This document shows, piece after piece, positions 23,065-35,847 of a stretch of DNA of 64,000 bases (position 1 is the stretch's first letter; every line of letters begins with the position of its first letter). Below the pieces are notes generated by a model. It was not told the DNA's origin, did not search any database, and saw nothing but the letters and a program-made list of their open reading frames with translations. Source of the stretch: Takakia lepidozioides (lineage: Eukaryota; Plantae; Bryophyta). The position numbers and the translations under genes are program-made. Location: assembly GCA_030704615.1 (NCBI GenBank), contig CM060731.1, positions 90,024,001 to 90,088,000 on the forward strand, written 5' to 3'.

Positions 23065-24100
23065 CGGATGGAAATTGGGCGCCGTTTTCCATTCTGGGAG
23101 GTTTTTACGACTTCCTTTGAGGGGGCCCCGATGGAAATTCGGCGCCGAATTTCTATCCGGGGGATGGTCTCTGTCGGAGAGGTGCCGGCCTCTCCGCCGC
23201 TCTGTTGGATATTCGGTGCCGAATTTCCGTCCGGGGGTTGAAATATGACGGCCAGGTGCCGGCCTCTCCCCCCTCCCTGACTGCATTAGAATGGCCCCGG
23301 ATGGAAATTCGACGCCGTTTTTCCATCTGGGGAGGTTCTTATGTCGGCCAGTTTCGGCCTAACCCCCCGACACGACTTCCTTTGGGGGGCCCGGATGGAA
23401 ATTCGGCGCCGAATCTCCATATAGGGGATGCTCTCTGTCGAACACGTGTCGGCCTCTACGCCCGAGGCGACTTCATCCGGGCGTCCCCTGTTGGATATTC
23501 GGTGCCGAATTTCTGTCCGGGGGTTGAAATGTGACGGCCAGGTGCCGGCCTCTCCCCCCTCCCCGACTGCATCCGAACCGCCCCGGATGGAAATTCGGCG
23601 CCGTTTTTCCATCTGGGGATGTTTTTATGCCGGCCAGTTTTCGGCCTGACCCCCGACACGACTTCCTTTGGGGGGGCCCGGATGGAAATTCGGCGCCGAA
23701 TATCCATCCAGGGGATGTTCTCTGTCGCACACGCGCCAGCCTCTGCGCCCGAGGCGACTTCATCCGGGCTTCCCCTGTTGTATATTCGGTGCCGAATTTC
23801 CGTCCGGGGGTTGTAATGTGAGGGGCAGATGGCGGCCTTTCCCCCGAGCCGACTGCATCCGAAAGGCCTCGGATGGAAATTCGGCGCCGTTTTCCCATCC
23901 GCGGAGGTTTTTAGGTCGGCCAGTTTTCGGCCTGACCCCCCGACAGGACTTCCTTTGGGTGGATCCGAATGGAAATTCGGCGCTGAATTTCCATCCGGGG
24001 GATGTTTTCTGTCGGACAGGTGCCGGCATCTCTGCCCCAGACGACTTCATCCGTGCGGCCCCTGTTGGGTATTGGGTGCCGAATTTCCATTCGGGTGTAG
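23065..24100. repeat. Palindrome array D (GGAAATTCGGCGCCGAATTTCC, ~95-96-bp spacing, ~286-bp higher-order trimer)
   Basis: Cores at 23078, 23141, 23215, 23311, 23405, 23501, 23597, 23692, 23788, 23883, 23979, 24075. Confidence 0.9.
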
Positions 24101-24583
24101 TAATGTGACGGCACGGTGCCGGCTTCTCCCCTTTAGCCGACATCATCCGAACGGCCCCCCACTTTCTGACTGCATACCGTTGGCAGTTATTTCGCAAAGA
24201 CCAGGGGCCGCATTCCGGAAACAAGGTTCATTAACACTCTGACTCTGGATTTTTGAGATAGTTGGCTCCTTGGATTTGGATCAGGCTTCGTCGCTCGGAC
24301 AAATCGGCACCGCATTCCTTCCCATCGCTGCATCCCCCTTCTACCAGGGAGCTTCCCCGCACGCCATCCTGGCAGTCTTGTGTGCACATCTCTCATGGCG
24401 GAAAACCCGAGCGCTACAGTGTACTGCCCTCCTCACGAGCATAGAGCTTCATTTCCGTGCAGAGGGGACATCTGCCAGGTGATGGAGAAATATCTGTGCG
24501 TTCGATACCACCTGAAACCGGGGTCGGTTTTTTTTTAGGAGGAAAGGAAGGACTCAAACGGCCTTGTTGTCGAGAGTATTGTT

Positions 24584-26005
24584 GTGCTCCACAATGATTT
24601 TGGCGATGGCAGGGAATGGCGAGTTCCACCATCGGACAGCGTCATATACAGGGCTGTTGGGGACTTCATTTGCCCGCCAAATGCACCTTCTATCCTGGCG
24701 CCTTCCACGAAACAATCCGCGAATCAGAGAGTGGCTACCTCAAAGAGAGAAGTCCGCAACGAAGTAAATCCAGAGCCGAACCCATCCATGAAGACGAGCG
24801 AGAACCGGGTTGTTCACAACCTGTCCGACTTAGACGAGGTCATGGAAGTTCCGAGGTCGTCCTGGAGATCAGGCAAGTCCTCAATGGACGTCAGTGGAGG
24901 AGGGAGTCATATTCCCAGCACGAGCACCGCAGTTCGATCTATTCTTGAAATTCTGCGAGGGCTTCACCTGGAGGGACACCGGTCGGAGCTGGCCGGGCTG
25001 GACTACAGCAAGTTTGCAATTAAATCGGTTACATGTCTTCCCGCCGACGTCGACGGTAATATCTTCTTTGAGTTCCCTCCTCGGGCGGACTACTCGAGGG
25101 CGTCCGGAATGTTGACAGATATGGATAGAAAACATGACGGTCATCCTTGGTGCGTTACCAAAACCACCAGCATGAAGATGCTCGATGGTGTGCGGGTGCG
25201 CTACGTTGTTTGTGCGGGCGCGTTGCGGTGTTTCTCCCCAACTTCCTTCCACTTTAAATCCAGAGGTCACAGGAACGAGACCGATTAGACAGGCATAGCT
25301 CATCAACCATTTCGAGCTCAGGAGAAGGTTCCAAACTCCACATTTAAGTGTGCACATTGCAAAGAACCACCACACTGCATGTCTGTTTGTAATGCCAAGC
25401 AGTTCTATGTGTTGCACCGTTTCCCTGACCTCACCCGAGCTTGCATACACGTTGGTTCCCATTGTCACAAATTGGCGAGGGGGAACTCGCGGGAGGCTGC
25501 CCACGAGGCAGAGCAGCTCGTTCAGGAGGAGGTTAAGTCGAGACCGGGTGCCAAACCCAAACAGATACAGCTCCAAGCCGCCCATAAGATGGCATTGGCC
25601 AGAATTATGTCGGAAGACGGCTCCGATAGAGTTCCTCTCGACGAGAAGGAAATGGAGGCATTGCTGGAGTCGGTGTCCACGTATGTTCACCGAATGTCCT
25701 AAACCACATTGTCTCATGCAAACAGAAAATTGGGCGTGGCTCGGATATGCACTCCATTCTGGAGGTGAAGCGACGATGTGGATATGACTACATTCATGGA
25801 AGTAGGTTTCCAGGACAAGGGACTGAGGCAGATCGTTGTTTCGTATTCAAAATGTCCAGGTGTGGACCTGGCAGCGGCGTCGAACTGGTCGACAGGATGA
25901 CGAGTGGGGACTTGTCAAACAGTTGGGTCATGTTCGACCATATCAAGCGAATTACAAATCACTAGTGGGTGACAATGGGTGCACATGTCTACGTCACCCA
26001 CTGCA
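24584..26005 (+). pseudogene. MULE-like transposase, N-terminal half (WRKY/GCM-fold-like Zn domain + first catalytic D region)
   Basis: DGHPW..T...CAGALRC...CAHC...C...CIHVGSHCH Zn pattern, then FVFKMS..GPGSGVELVDRM..GDL..SWVMFDHIKR...TMGAHVY. Contains stops and a frameshift; truncated at ~26005. Confidence 0.65.
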
Positions 26006-26006
26006 G

Positions 26007-27322
26007 GCTGGAATTTCTTGGGCTTCCACTGCTGGAAGACACATTGTGCGGCAACATGACGAGACCTCGAGGTTCTGTCCGAATGTTCCTGTCGGATCTC
26101 CAGGAATCCTCCTCGCACCCGGGTTCCTATTCAATCCTCCGCCTCACAGGGCGAGTACGGACGTCCCCCTCTAGGTGTTCACCTCTGCAGTGCAGAGGCG
26201 TCCCTTTGATCTTCTCTCGCAATGTTGTCGCCCATTTCAGTGGATTCTTGGACCTCGAAGCTGTTCGTACCAACAATTCCTCCCTGTCTGGCCCAAAGCC
26301 CCATTATTTCCCGCTCAGGAACTTGTAGTACGTGGCTTGCTGCATGATTGCTCTGTCGATGTCCTCCGTTGTGGCCGTCACTACGTCCACCAGATGTGCG
26401 GCAGAAGACGCTCGCCAGGAGGAGTGCACTGATTCTGCCATATTCGTGTTCGGCATGTCCGTGTCGGAATCCAAGCACCGCTCCTACAAGGGCACAAACA
26501 ATAATGAGGGACCAATGGAAAGGTCCGTAATAGAAAGACAATTGCACGAAAATGACAGCATCATACCTCCTGCATGTATTGTCCGAATTGTCGATACCGG
26601 AAATGCCACCACCCCAATGAGCTGTGCAAGGTTCCCAGATTGGTTGTCTCCACTGCACCTGACGTGTTCCACCGAGCCTTGATGATAGCAAACTTAACCT
26701 CCGCGTCATCAAATGTGGGTGCATCCTTCCACGCCGTACAAAGGACACGGTGTTCAGCCTGGAATGAGCTAGCAACAAATTTGGTAGTGTAGTGAGATAG
26801 ACTCTGCATCCAATGGAATCCATAGGATCTCTCTTTCCCCTCCATTGGAACATTGGGGTCCTCACCGTACACACGCCGCACATTCGGACTACAGTTGGCC
26901 CACACGTCGACATTTTAAAAATGTAACAACGATCGAATTCGCTGCCTTGCCCTAGAAACCTGCTACCTTAGATGTAGTCATATCCAGTCATTCGTTTCAC
27001 CTCCAGGATTGACTGCATGTCCGACCCCCTGCCGAACTCCTGCTTGCAAGATACGATGTGATTCCGCACATTCGGACTACAAACGTGCGAGACGGACTCC
27101 AACAGGTCAAGCATCTCCTCTTCGTTCAAGGGCACTCGGTCTAAACCATCTTCAGACATGATTTTACCAAGAGCAATCTTGTGGGCTGCCTTCAGCTGAA
27201 TCTGCTTTGGTCTGGCTCCGGGGCTCAATTTCACCTCCTCTTTTATGATGTCGTGTGCTTCCTGCACAACCTCATGCATGTTGCCTCTCGCCCAGGGGTG
27301 GCAGTGGACCCCAACGTGTATG
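26007..27322 (-). pseudogene. Inverted internal fragment of a paralogous MULE-like transposase
   Basis: 26968-27279 is a diverged paralog of 25450-25860; 26561-26905 has NVRRVYGEDP..ERSYGFHW (decayed CxxH region); 26007-26486 is the reverse complement of 33848-34327. Confidence 0.7.
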
Positions 27323-27384
27323 CAACCTTCATACTATCCAGAACGGAAATGCGGTACCGCATTTCCGTTCTGACTGAAAATCGT

Positions 27385-30300
27385 GAAATGTCTCCGGAGG
27401 AATTCCAAAGTGCAGCGGATACAATGTTGGAGGAGACACACAGTAGCATTGGCAGAGTTCTGGGCAGCAGGGTATTCCAGCGGATCTCTTCGAATCCCAC
27501 TCTGTCGCATGGTCTCCCTTCCCATCGTCAGGCAGGCACTTCCCGGAGATGTGGATAAGCTCAAGTTCGCATTTCGAGAAGGGTACCATCTAGGTTCGCC
27601 AACCTTCTATGTTTCCATTGAGAATGAGGACGGCGAAACTCGTGGACCCACTGCAGATGAATTGTCAACATGGGATACCCACTGGCACACTCGCAACGAC
27701 GAATTCGAGGCAACGTTGAAGGGTGATCCAGACTTCGGCCATATGTCGGGTAAAATGTTCTTTGTGTGGGACGAGAATCACCGACTTCTTGCCTGGTGGG
27801 AGTACATCAAGCAGAACCATGCCAAGCATATTGGCTGGCATTACATGGTGGAGTGTGTCATCCTCAAGGTGAAGGCGGCAGACTCCTCCCTGCTCAAGAA
27901 TGCCATGGCGGACCTCAACTCATAAGATACTCATACCCTCCCAAGCACGTTCGAAATGCGGTGCCGCATTTTGGTTTCCAATCTGTTTTGTTTCCGTGCT
28001 TCCGTGGACTAAACTGGAGAGTGTGCCTTGCAGGGTCACTGAAAATGCGTACGTGCATACCCACATGGCACATATGCTGTACAGGGTGAGGAAAACTGGT
28101 CTCACTGATCCGCACATGTTTGCGGAAATGCTGGAGCCCGAGCTCATTTAGAAAGCCGTGGCAAAAACTGACCGGACATGGTATCGTCTCACTATGGATG
28201 GAATGGTGGAGGTGATATACAAAGTAAGTTGTCCTCCCATTTCCCTTTGCTCATCCTTCCCCCCAATTTTCAGTAATCTTTCCACATGAATCGAATGTAA
28301 CGCTTCTGCATGTTTTTGTTGGCAGTCAAACATCAAGCTGGATTTGGCCCATGCCAAACGCTTCTTCATGGAAAGTGAGGGGCAGGTCAAAACATTGCAG
28401 TCATTGACTGAGCACTTGAAGGAAGCCGGGGTCAAGTCGAGAACAAAATACAAGTCAAAGCTTGTGAAGCTGGTGGCAATTGCAGATCTGGCACTTGGAA
28501 AGGACTTCATCCCCGAGATTGCAAAACACTATTCTCGGGCCATGTAGCCGACCATGCAGATGGAGAAACTGCATCACCTCTCAACGGCATGTATTGAGGC
28601 AAAAGAGAAGGTGAGGTTTCAATGCACTGAAGTTCCTTCCTAGCAATAGCCACTCTTCTTCCTGCTCTTGACATTGGATCGGAAATGGCAGACACGGTGG
28701 CTGTTGATCTGGAATGCATCGGAGAGTATAAGGACAATGTGGTCTTTTCCACTCGAAGTTTCTGACCTTGCAGTGGATGTGTGGCTCAACCGCATGACTT
28801 GGTGGTTCCAGGTAATTCAAGGTACTTCCCCAGATTTGCTTTTCTAAAATGAATTCCCTGAATTGCTACATGACAATGCATGTGGGAATCGCAGGTAATG
28901 ACGAATGCGAAGGAGCAAGTCGTAATGCATACAAATTCGTTCGGCTTGTACGTCAAATGGGATGGAACACAGACATTGGAAGACTACGTGACATGTTTCA
29001 GATGTGCGTACAAGGACAACCTCTTCGCCAGGGAGCTACAGACAGCAAGAAGGAGCGTGGAGTTTACACATCAGGAGGGAGCGGGAAAAGCTACAATGTG
29101 AATTGTTTACAGGTGAAGCCCAACTGCCCTTGTATGCGAAGCCTGGTTATGAGGTTTGTATGGGAAATGCGGCACCGCATTCACATTTTACGTTTTTGGT
29201 TTCACTCTGCGAGTACGTTGGTCTCAACTTTTGCTCACGCATGCTGACTGCCTTGCAGGTATATGAAATACGTACTTCTTCAGACAGGGGCCCTAGCTCA
29301 AGAGCCCCCGTTCTTCATGGCTTGGACCGTGGCGGGCCCAAGCTGTGTCTACACACCCGAGATGCAGAAACAATGGCATGCAGCGCATCTCGTTGGATGC
29401 CCGTGGTACCTGGACATGTCTAGCGGAATTGTTGACGAGTCTGAGAAAGATTTGCACGCGAAAGCAGAAGAGAAGAGAAAGGAAAGACGTGTCCCTGCTG
29501 GGCCAGAGTCGGCTAAGGAAGCTGCTGCTCTGGAACAATCCAGAACGGCAGCTGAGATGGCACAGAAGACGGTGGATGCAGCTGTGCAGGCTCAACAGAA
29601 GGGGTCGAAGAAGAGGACTCACCAGCAAGGAGCAGCAGTTGTGATACCCAAGAAATCGAAGAAGCAGAAACAGATAGAGCAAGAAGAGGGTGACGAAGAG
29701 GTTTCCGATGCCCCCCGAAATGCAGCCAAAATCCCCTGTGCCCACCGTTGTCACGAGAGGGACGAGAACAGGCTTGGCAAAGAAAGCACTCTTCAACCCC
29801 CCGGGGGGCACCCTTTCGAGCCGGTGGAAATGAAGAGGCCGAAAGTGGATCCCGATACAGTAGTCCAGTGTGTAAATGAGAGTTTCTTGGCGGCTTTGGA
29901 TGGACGGGCAGCCAAGTTGGCATACATGAAGACCATGGAGGGTCTGAAGGGCAGAGCACTGAAGAAGGCGGCTGCCGAAGAGCCTTCCGACACCCTTGGG
30001 TTTATGAAGATGGTCTCGTTCTTTGAGAGGGTGTGTGTAGACAAGGATTGTAGGAGGGGCAGAAATGCCACCGAGTGGTCTTGCGATATGATCATCTTGG
30101 ATATTCCGGACGGAGAGCCTGTGGAAGGACTGCAAGCTTTACCATCTTGGAACAGGTTCTCCGAGGACTTTTGAAAGAAAGGATTCGGGCTCGCCTGCAT
30201 GGTGTTGGACGACAAAGGCTGTGTGGTTGTCCTGGCGAGCAGAGGAGAAAACACGCAGACAGGAATTGCGAAGTGGACCCGCAAGAGCGCCGTCCCAATT

Positions 30301-31578
30301 CTGAAGAAGAAGTGGACGTGCATCAACACATTGGGCCTTTGGTCGGAAGGGAAGAAGGTAATTACGACATTGACACTTGTCCTTTCATTTTCTTAGGTGT
30401 TTTGAAATGCGGTGCCGCATTCGATTTCTAATCGTTCCCCACTGTGTATGCAGACAAAGCAGTTCGATGCATACTACTTTGTGAAGGAGAACTCCACCTT
30501 TGCTTTCCGGAAGGATGGATTGTTGGTTGACCCGAACTGCGACCCCATCGATTAAGACGTTCTGTTCAACAACGTTCCCACGGAACATCTCCCTCATAGC
30601 CTCACTTCAACGGAACCCCTGCGGTATTCACGGACTCGGAGCCCTGCCTTCATTCAGACAATTATGGAGACATACACTGACGTGGAGGGCATAGTGCTCG
30701 ACCTCATCTGTGGGATAGGTATGCAGAATCTTGTTCTATGCTGTTCTTCAAATTCTCCTTATGCTTTAATTCGCAACATCTGAAGGGCCATGTTATAATG
30801 TGTGGATGGCATTGTAACAGGTGCCTCAATGTGGGTTGGGCGGTTTTCCGACCGGCACCTCTTTGCCTATGAGGAGGACACATCTGTCTGGGGATCCCAT
30901 CTGGAAGGGCTGCAACGGAATGTGAAGGCTCCCATCAAAGCTCCTCGGATCCATCGGAGTCGGAGGAAGAGACAGTGGACATTGATGCCGAGGAGAACCC
31001 GGAATACGAGTGAGTGCAAACATTGTAAGTTTGCAAAGCCTTCTGGGTGATTTTTTGTCAAACGCATTTCCGGACTGTGGTTTGGTCTCATTGGTGATTG
31101 TTATGTGCAGGATTCCAGGATCCGGGTCGAAACATGTAGGGCCTACACTTCTTGCCAGGAAGAATGTCCCGTTCTTTGCGAGGGCCGACTTCATGACGAG
31201 CCCGGTGAAGGACTACTCCCTTCCTAGTTATGCAGCTAAACTCGCAAATACAGCGATTAGACGATGTGAGAATCCCAGTAAAGTAGAGCAGATTTTGGAG
31301 AGGGCTAGGGAGGACAGAAGGATAAGGAAAGAGTTGGCAACAGCTGAGACAAGTAGACGGGTGCGAAAGTTCATATGTGATTCAGCGGATGAGAGCGATG
31401 CAGACAGGGAGGACGACGACCCAACGGAGGTGAGATGGTCGGTTCCGCAAGGGGAAGATGGGATTTTTGAAAGCCTGGCCAACGAGCAGTCCGCTGGAGA
31501 TGAGAAAGGCAATGACGGGGTGGAGGCGGAGTAGGACAGTCAAGGACAGGACGACGATACTGATCATTTTCAAGATTA
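27385..31578 (+). pseudogene. ParB-MTase fusion gene, copy 2 (5'-truncated, multiple stops)
   Basis: FFVWDENHRL; CDMIILDIPDGEPVEG; VLDLICG; ASMWVGRFSDRHLFAYEED; premature stops at about 28149, 28545, 30172 and 31532. Confidence 0.75.
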
Positions 31579-31716
31579 ATAGAATTTTAATGAACTCTCT
31601 GTACATTTAAATTCTCTTCCAGAGTAAATAAAGGAAATTCTCCCCGTCCTTCATGTCTCCTCTCCCATGTGCTTCTCAACGACACCATCGTCCAAACCAC
31701 GTCCCTCCCAAAAATC

Positions 31717-32482
31717 GGAAATGCGGCACGGCATTTCCATGTACGAACGGAAATGTGGCAACTGCAAAAACCTCCTTTGGAAATGCGGCACCGCATTTCC
31801 AAAACCGGGGCAAGAACAATTTTCCGTTTCATGGTTTGGACATCAGAAACTGTTCGGCCGAACGGTGCCGCATTTCCGTTTTTGACACGACAGTTTTGCC
31901 GATTGCCAGCTCCTTCCATGGAGGTAAATGGAAATGCCACCCCGCATGCGGAGGTCGAACACGTTATCTAAATGGCGGACATGGAAATGCGGTGCCACAT
32001 TTCCATTTTGGAGATGGACGTTTTTCCAACTGCAGACCCATCGACGGAAATGCGGCTCCGCATTTCATGATGCTAGACGGGAATGCGGCACCGCATTCCA
32101 TTGTCCAATAAGAAATTACGATGTGCTGGTCGGAAATGCGGCACTGCATTCCATCGTGCTGGACGGAAATGCGGCACCGCATTCCATTGTCCAATAAGAA
32201 CTTCCGATTGCCAAACATGGAAATGCGTCGCCGCATTTCCAAGGCCCACATCGTTGTTTGTCCAATTCCAGACCCGTGTGGGTATTCCGTCTAGCTGGAC
32301 GGAAATGCGGCACCGCATTCCGTTGTCCAATACGAAATTTTGATGACGGACATGGAAATGCGGTGCCGCATTTTCAGAACGGACATCGTTGTTTGTCCAA
32401 TTCCAGACCCTTTGACGGAAATGCGGCACCGCATTCCATTGTGCTCTCCGGAAATGCGGTGCCGCATTCCATTGTCCATTTC
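31717..32482. repeat. Palindrome array A3 (counterpart of A2)
   Basis: About 15 GGAAATGCGG-YR-CCGCATT(T)CC copies, with local expansions relative to A2. Confidence 0.9.
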
Positions 32483-32731
32483 CGAGCTTCGGCATGTACA
32501 TGTTTCCTTTTACTCATACATGGATTTCCTTCACCTCAGGACTCTGATATCGCTGACTCTGGTATATTCATATGGACAGACACATTGTAGAAATGAGACC
32601 ACAAATTGTAAACAGTGGGCCAAGTACGAGAGTTCTTGAATACAATGAAACACAAGCACACAGAAGTGAGGTACGATGGGTTGTTTTATTGATCGAATAT
32701 GGTGTCTCACATTTAGCAACTCCAGACAAAT

Positions 32732-33337
32732 CTAAGCCCTTCCTCCTTCTACATGGGCGTCACCAAGTCGATGGAACTTCGATAGCCTCAAAACAAGCTC
32801 ATTACTGATGCGGCACCTCGAGGTAAACTGTAATGCGGTCGTTCTGGTGCCCTTGGTGGAGCTGACGACAATGTCATGCCCAACAATCATACCACCATCA
32901 TACATTGACAAGGTCACTGTGGGCCTCATGTGCCCGTGCGATTCGTTTTCGCAACTCAGCCGAATGTCTCCATACACTGGAAGAGCGGAGTGAACTCCAC
33001 GAATATAGTTTTCCCCGGTGCCGTCCTCCTTGGTCCATTGGCAGCAGTTCCAGCGCCAAAGCGAGGCCGTGCGTGATCTGTCCGACATCCCATTCCACCT
33101 TGGTATATCGAGGTCAACAATTTTCAGGACCCACGGACCGCATTGACCCTCGCCCTCACCTCGCTCAAAGCGGTAATAGCCCTCCAAATACTCCATTGCG
33201 CGCAAAGACTCCCGCTTGATTCCAGAAGCGTCTGTGAAAATAGAGAGCCAGACAATGATGTCTCCTGATTCTAGTTTGGACATAGCATAATCGTGGCCAT
33301 GATAAGGGCAGTCAGCAGGATTTCGGCGGCACGGCAT
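32732..33337 (-). pseudogene. orfX3, copy of orfX1 with a 3' frameshift
   Basis: MPCRRNPADCPY...RWNCCQWT...ELVLR then a frameshifted tail; retains two short segments (GIKRESLR, GHDIVV) that are deleted in-frame in orfX1. Confidence 0.65.
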
Positions 33338-33847
33338 CCTTGAAAAAGAGTAGCGGAGTACGCTCAATGACAGCAGCTCCCGGATGGAGGAGGCAGCAAC
33401 GCGGTGGCTAGAAGAAGTTCAAGCAAACGCTGCAATTTCTCACAAACACTCCAGGGCACATTTAAATTCCCCCCCTACAGGAACCTGCACGGATGAAGAT
33501 TGGCTGCTCCATGAATGTAGCCGTTTCAGTTTCCTTCCCTGCCATGCAAACTATGGGCAGTAAGTGCCAGGTGGGCCTATAGCCACTCGAGCCGACGAAG
33601 TCCATCCCCCCTTCGATGTAAATGCGGCGCCGAATTTCCATCCGGGGGATGGACTTCGGTGGCAGATTTCAAACTATACCCCGTGGATGAGAAAGAGGTA
33701 TCGGTTCATCCACCGCTTGCGTGATGAACACGTTACATGATGATTGGTGGGTACGTGGGACCCAGATGGTCCATTATTGGAGCCCGCACTGCTCTTCCCC
33801 TTCTCATCATTTCAAAAATCTAAGGGCTTCGTTGTTGTCCGCAAGGT

Positions 33848-35282
33848 CTAGGAGCGGTGCTTGGATTCCGACACGGACATGCCGAACACGAATATGGCAG
33901 AATCAGTGCACTCCTCCTGGCGAGCGTCTTCTGCCGCACATCTGGTGGACGTAGTGACGGCCACAATGGAGGACATCGACAGAGCAATCATGCAGCAAGC
34001 CACGTACTACAAGTTCCTGAGCGGGAAACAATGGGGCTTTGGGCTGGAAAGGGAGGAATTGTTGGTACGAATAGCTTCGAGGTCGAAGAATCCACTGAAA
34101 TGGGCGACAGCATTGCGAGAGAAGATCAAAGGGACGCCTCTGCACCGCAGAGGTGAGCACCTAGAGGGGGACGTCTGTACTCGCCCTGTGAGGCGGAGGA
34201 TTGAAGAGGAGCCCGGGTGCGAAGAGGATTCCTGGAGATCCGACAGGAACATTCGGACAACACCTCGAGGGCCCGTCATGTTGCCGCACAATGTGTCTTC
34301 CAGCAGTGGAAGCCCAAGAAATTCCAGATCGCCATCGCCTTCAAGCGGGGATTCCGTGCGAGAAATTCCCACCGCTCGCTTGCCCCAGATTCCGCCCGCT
34401 GTTATGCAGTATGGCCAAGCCATTGTGGAGATGACTGTGTCTGCGTCACAGTGGAGAATTGCTCGCACAAAACCGTCGTTTCGAGGCAGGTGTTCCGCAA
34501 TTCGAGTGGATACACGGCATCGTTGTTTAGAGATGATAAGGAGGAATCCAGATGGTGTTGTCCCTGCTCCTACTTTTACAGGAAGATTTGTCCATGCAAA
34601 GTTTGCGGAGGCAACAACCACCCAGTTCTGGTTTTGCAGGCACGACATTATGACTTGCGTGTATGGAAAGCCCAAGTACGGCATACAAACAATGCCAGAG
34701 GCTCCCCCGGTGTGGCCGGTGGAACCAAGCTGCGATCTGAGTCAGGTTGAGGCCGACGCCCTTACCGCCGCAGGATTTCGGATGGTGCAGCGCACTGACG
34801 TCCCCAAACAACCATTTCCGCTTCCACAGCCTCCACCACCGACCCCTATGAGAGCAAGAACAATGGGACCCGACAGTTCTAAGCATCCTACACACCGTTG
34901 GGGGAAACCGAAGAGGCGACGACCTCCCTCAAAAGTGAACGAGACAAGGATGGGGAATGCACTTCGGATGAACTGTACAATCCAGAGCTCGACAGAAGTG
35001 CCCCCACCAGGCTTCGGGCGTGTGTATCAGATGGCCACGACAGGCTCAGCTGTTCTTAATGAGGTGTACACCATCACCATTTCAGAATTACCCACCTGCA
35101 ATTGCACCGACTTTCAGATCATGGCGAACAAGGGGGCATCATACTGCCCTTGCAAGCATCTATACTACGTGTACCTAAAGAGACTCCGGTGTAATTCCAC
35201 AACTCATCACTTCATACATGCACCAGGGTTGAGCCCCCAAGAGGTGCACACTCTTCTGAATATGGATCCAGGGGACCAGTGA
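33848..35282 (+). CDS. MULE-like transposase C-terminal exon (catalytic E motif + SWIM zinc finger), detached from its 5' part
   Basis: PNTNMAESVHSSW matches the MULE TNNxxESxH/N motif; YTITISELPTCNCTDF...CPCKHLYYVY is a SWIM CxC-n-CxH finger; 473-codon open frame. Confidence 0.75.
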
Positions 35283-35847
35283 CCTTGGCTTGCGGTCCCA
35301 ACACTATGGTACGCCCATCCTTTTTGGATAGTATAACTGTACTGCTGCAAGTAACTCTGACTCTGGCCACAGAAAGGTCCGACTTATGTCTTGCCTACCA
35401 GTAACCTGTTTTGCTCGAACTAAGATAATACTATGTCATTCACTCGTGTTTCCACGTGCATGTATTTTTGTGTGTTGGAGGGTTCCTGTTTTTCTGCTCT
35501 CCCAAACTTTGCTTTCCTCATTCGACCCCCGGCAAGGAAATTCGGCGCCGCATTTCCAAGTAACGTCGTAGGTACTGGTAGATGCGGCATTCACCAACAC
35601 CAAACTGCCCAGAAATTTCGCACGTGCGAACCCTAATGCGGCACCGCATTTCCCAGTTGAGTCGCAAACCTTTCCTGCCGAATACTCGAAGATGACAGAA
35701 TTGTGCAGACTCTATTGGTTCAATCGCGGCAAAAAGGTCAGCTTCATTCCAATGTTAAGGCATGTAAAACCGCGGAATACTCTATACAGGCCAGTATGCG
35801 ACGTCCTTTTGCCGTGGTATACTGGATTTCTCGTTGCACGATCACTC

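Larger units (their letters stand above)
27325..33847 (+). repeat. Direct duplicate of 4243-10856 (ParB-MTase copy 2, array A3, orfX3, hairpin), preceded by a 60-bp piece of array A1
   Basis: 27385-33847 is colinear with 4243-10856 at high identity; 27325-27387 matches array A1 units such as 2151-2208. Confidence 0.95.

Noticed and set aside
33861-35282. Stand-alone host SWIM gene or Zisupton/KDZ transposase
   Set aside because: The TNxAESxH motif, the upstream FDH and CxxH-like pieces and the inverted copy's splice acceptor fit a MULE-like transposase exon; no SAP or KDZ-type motifs were recognised. An HMM search is needed to exclude this fully.
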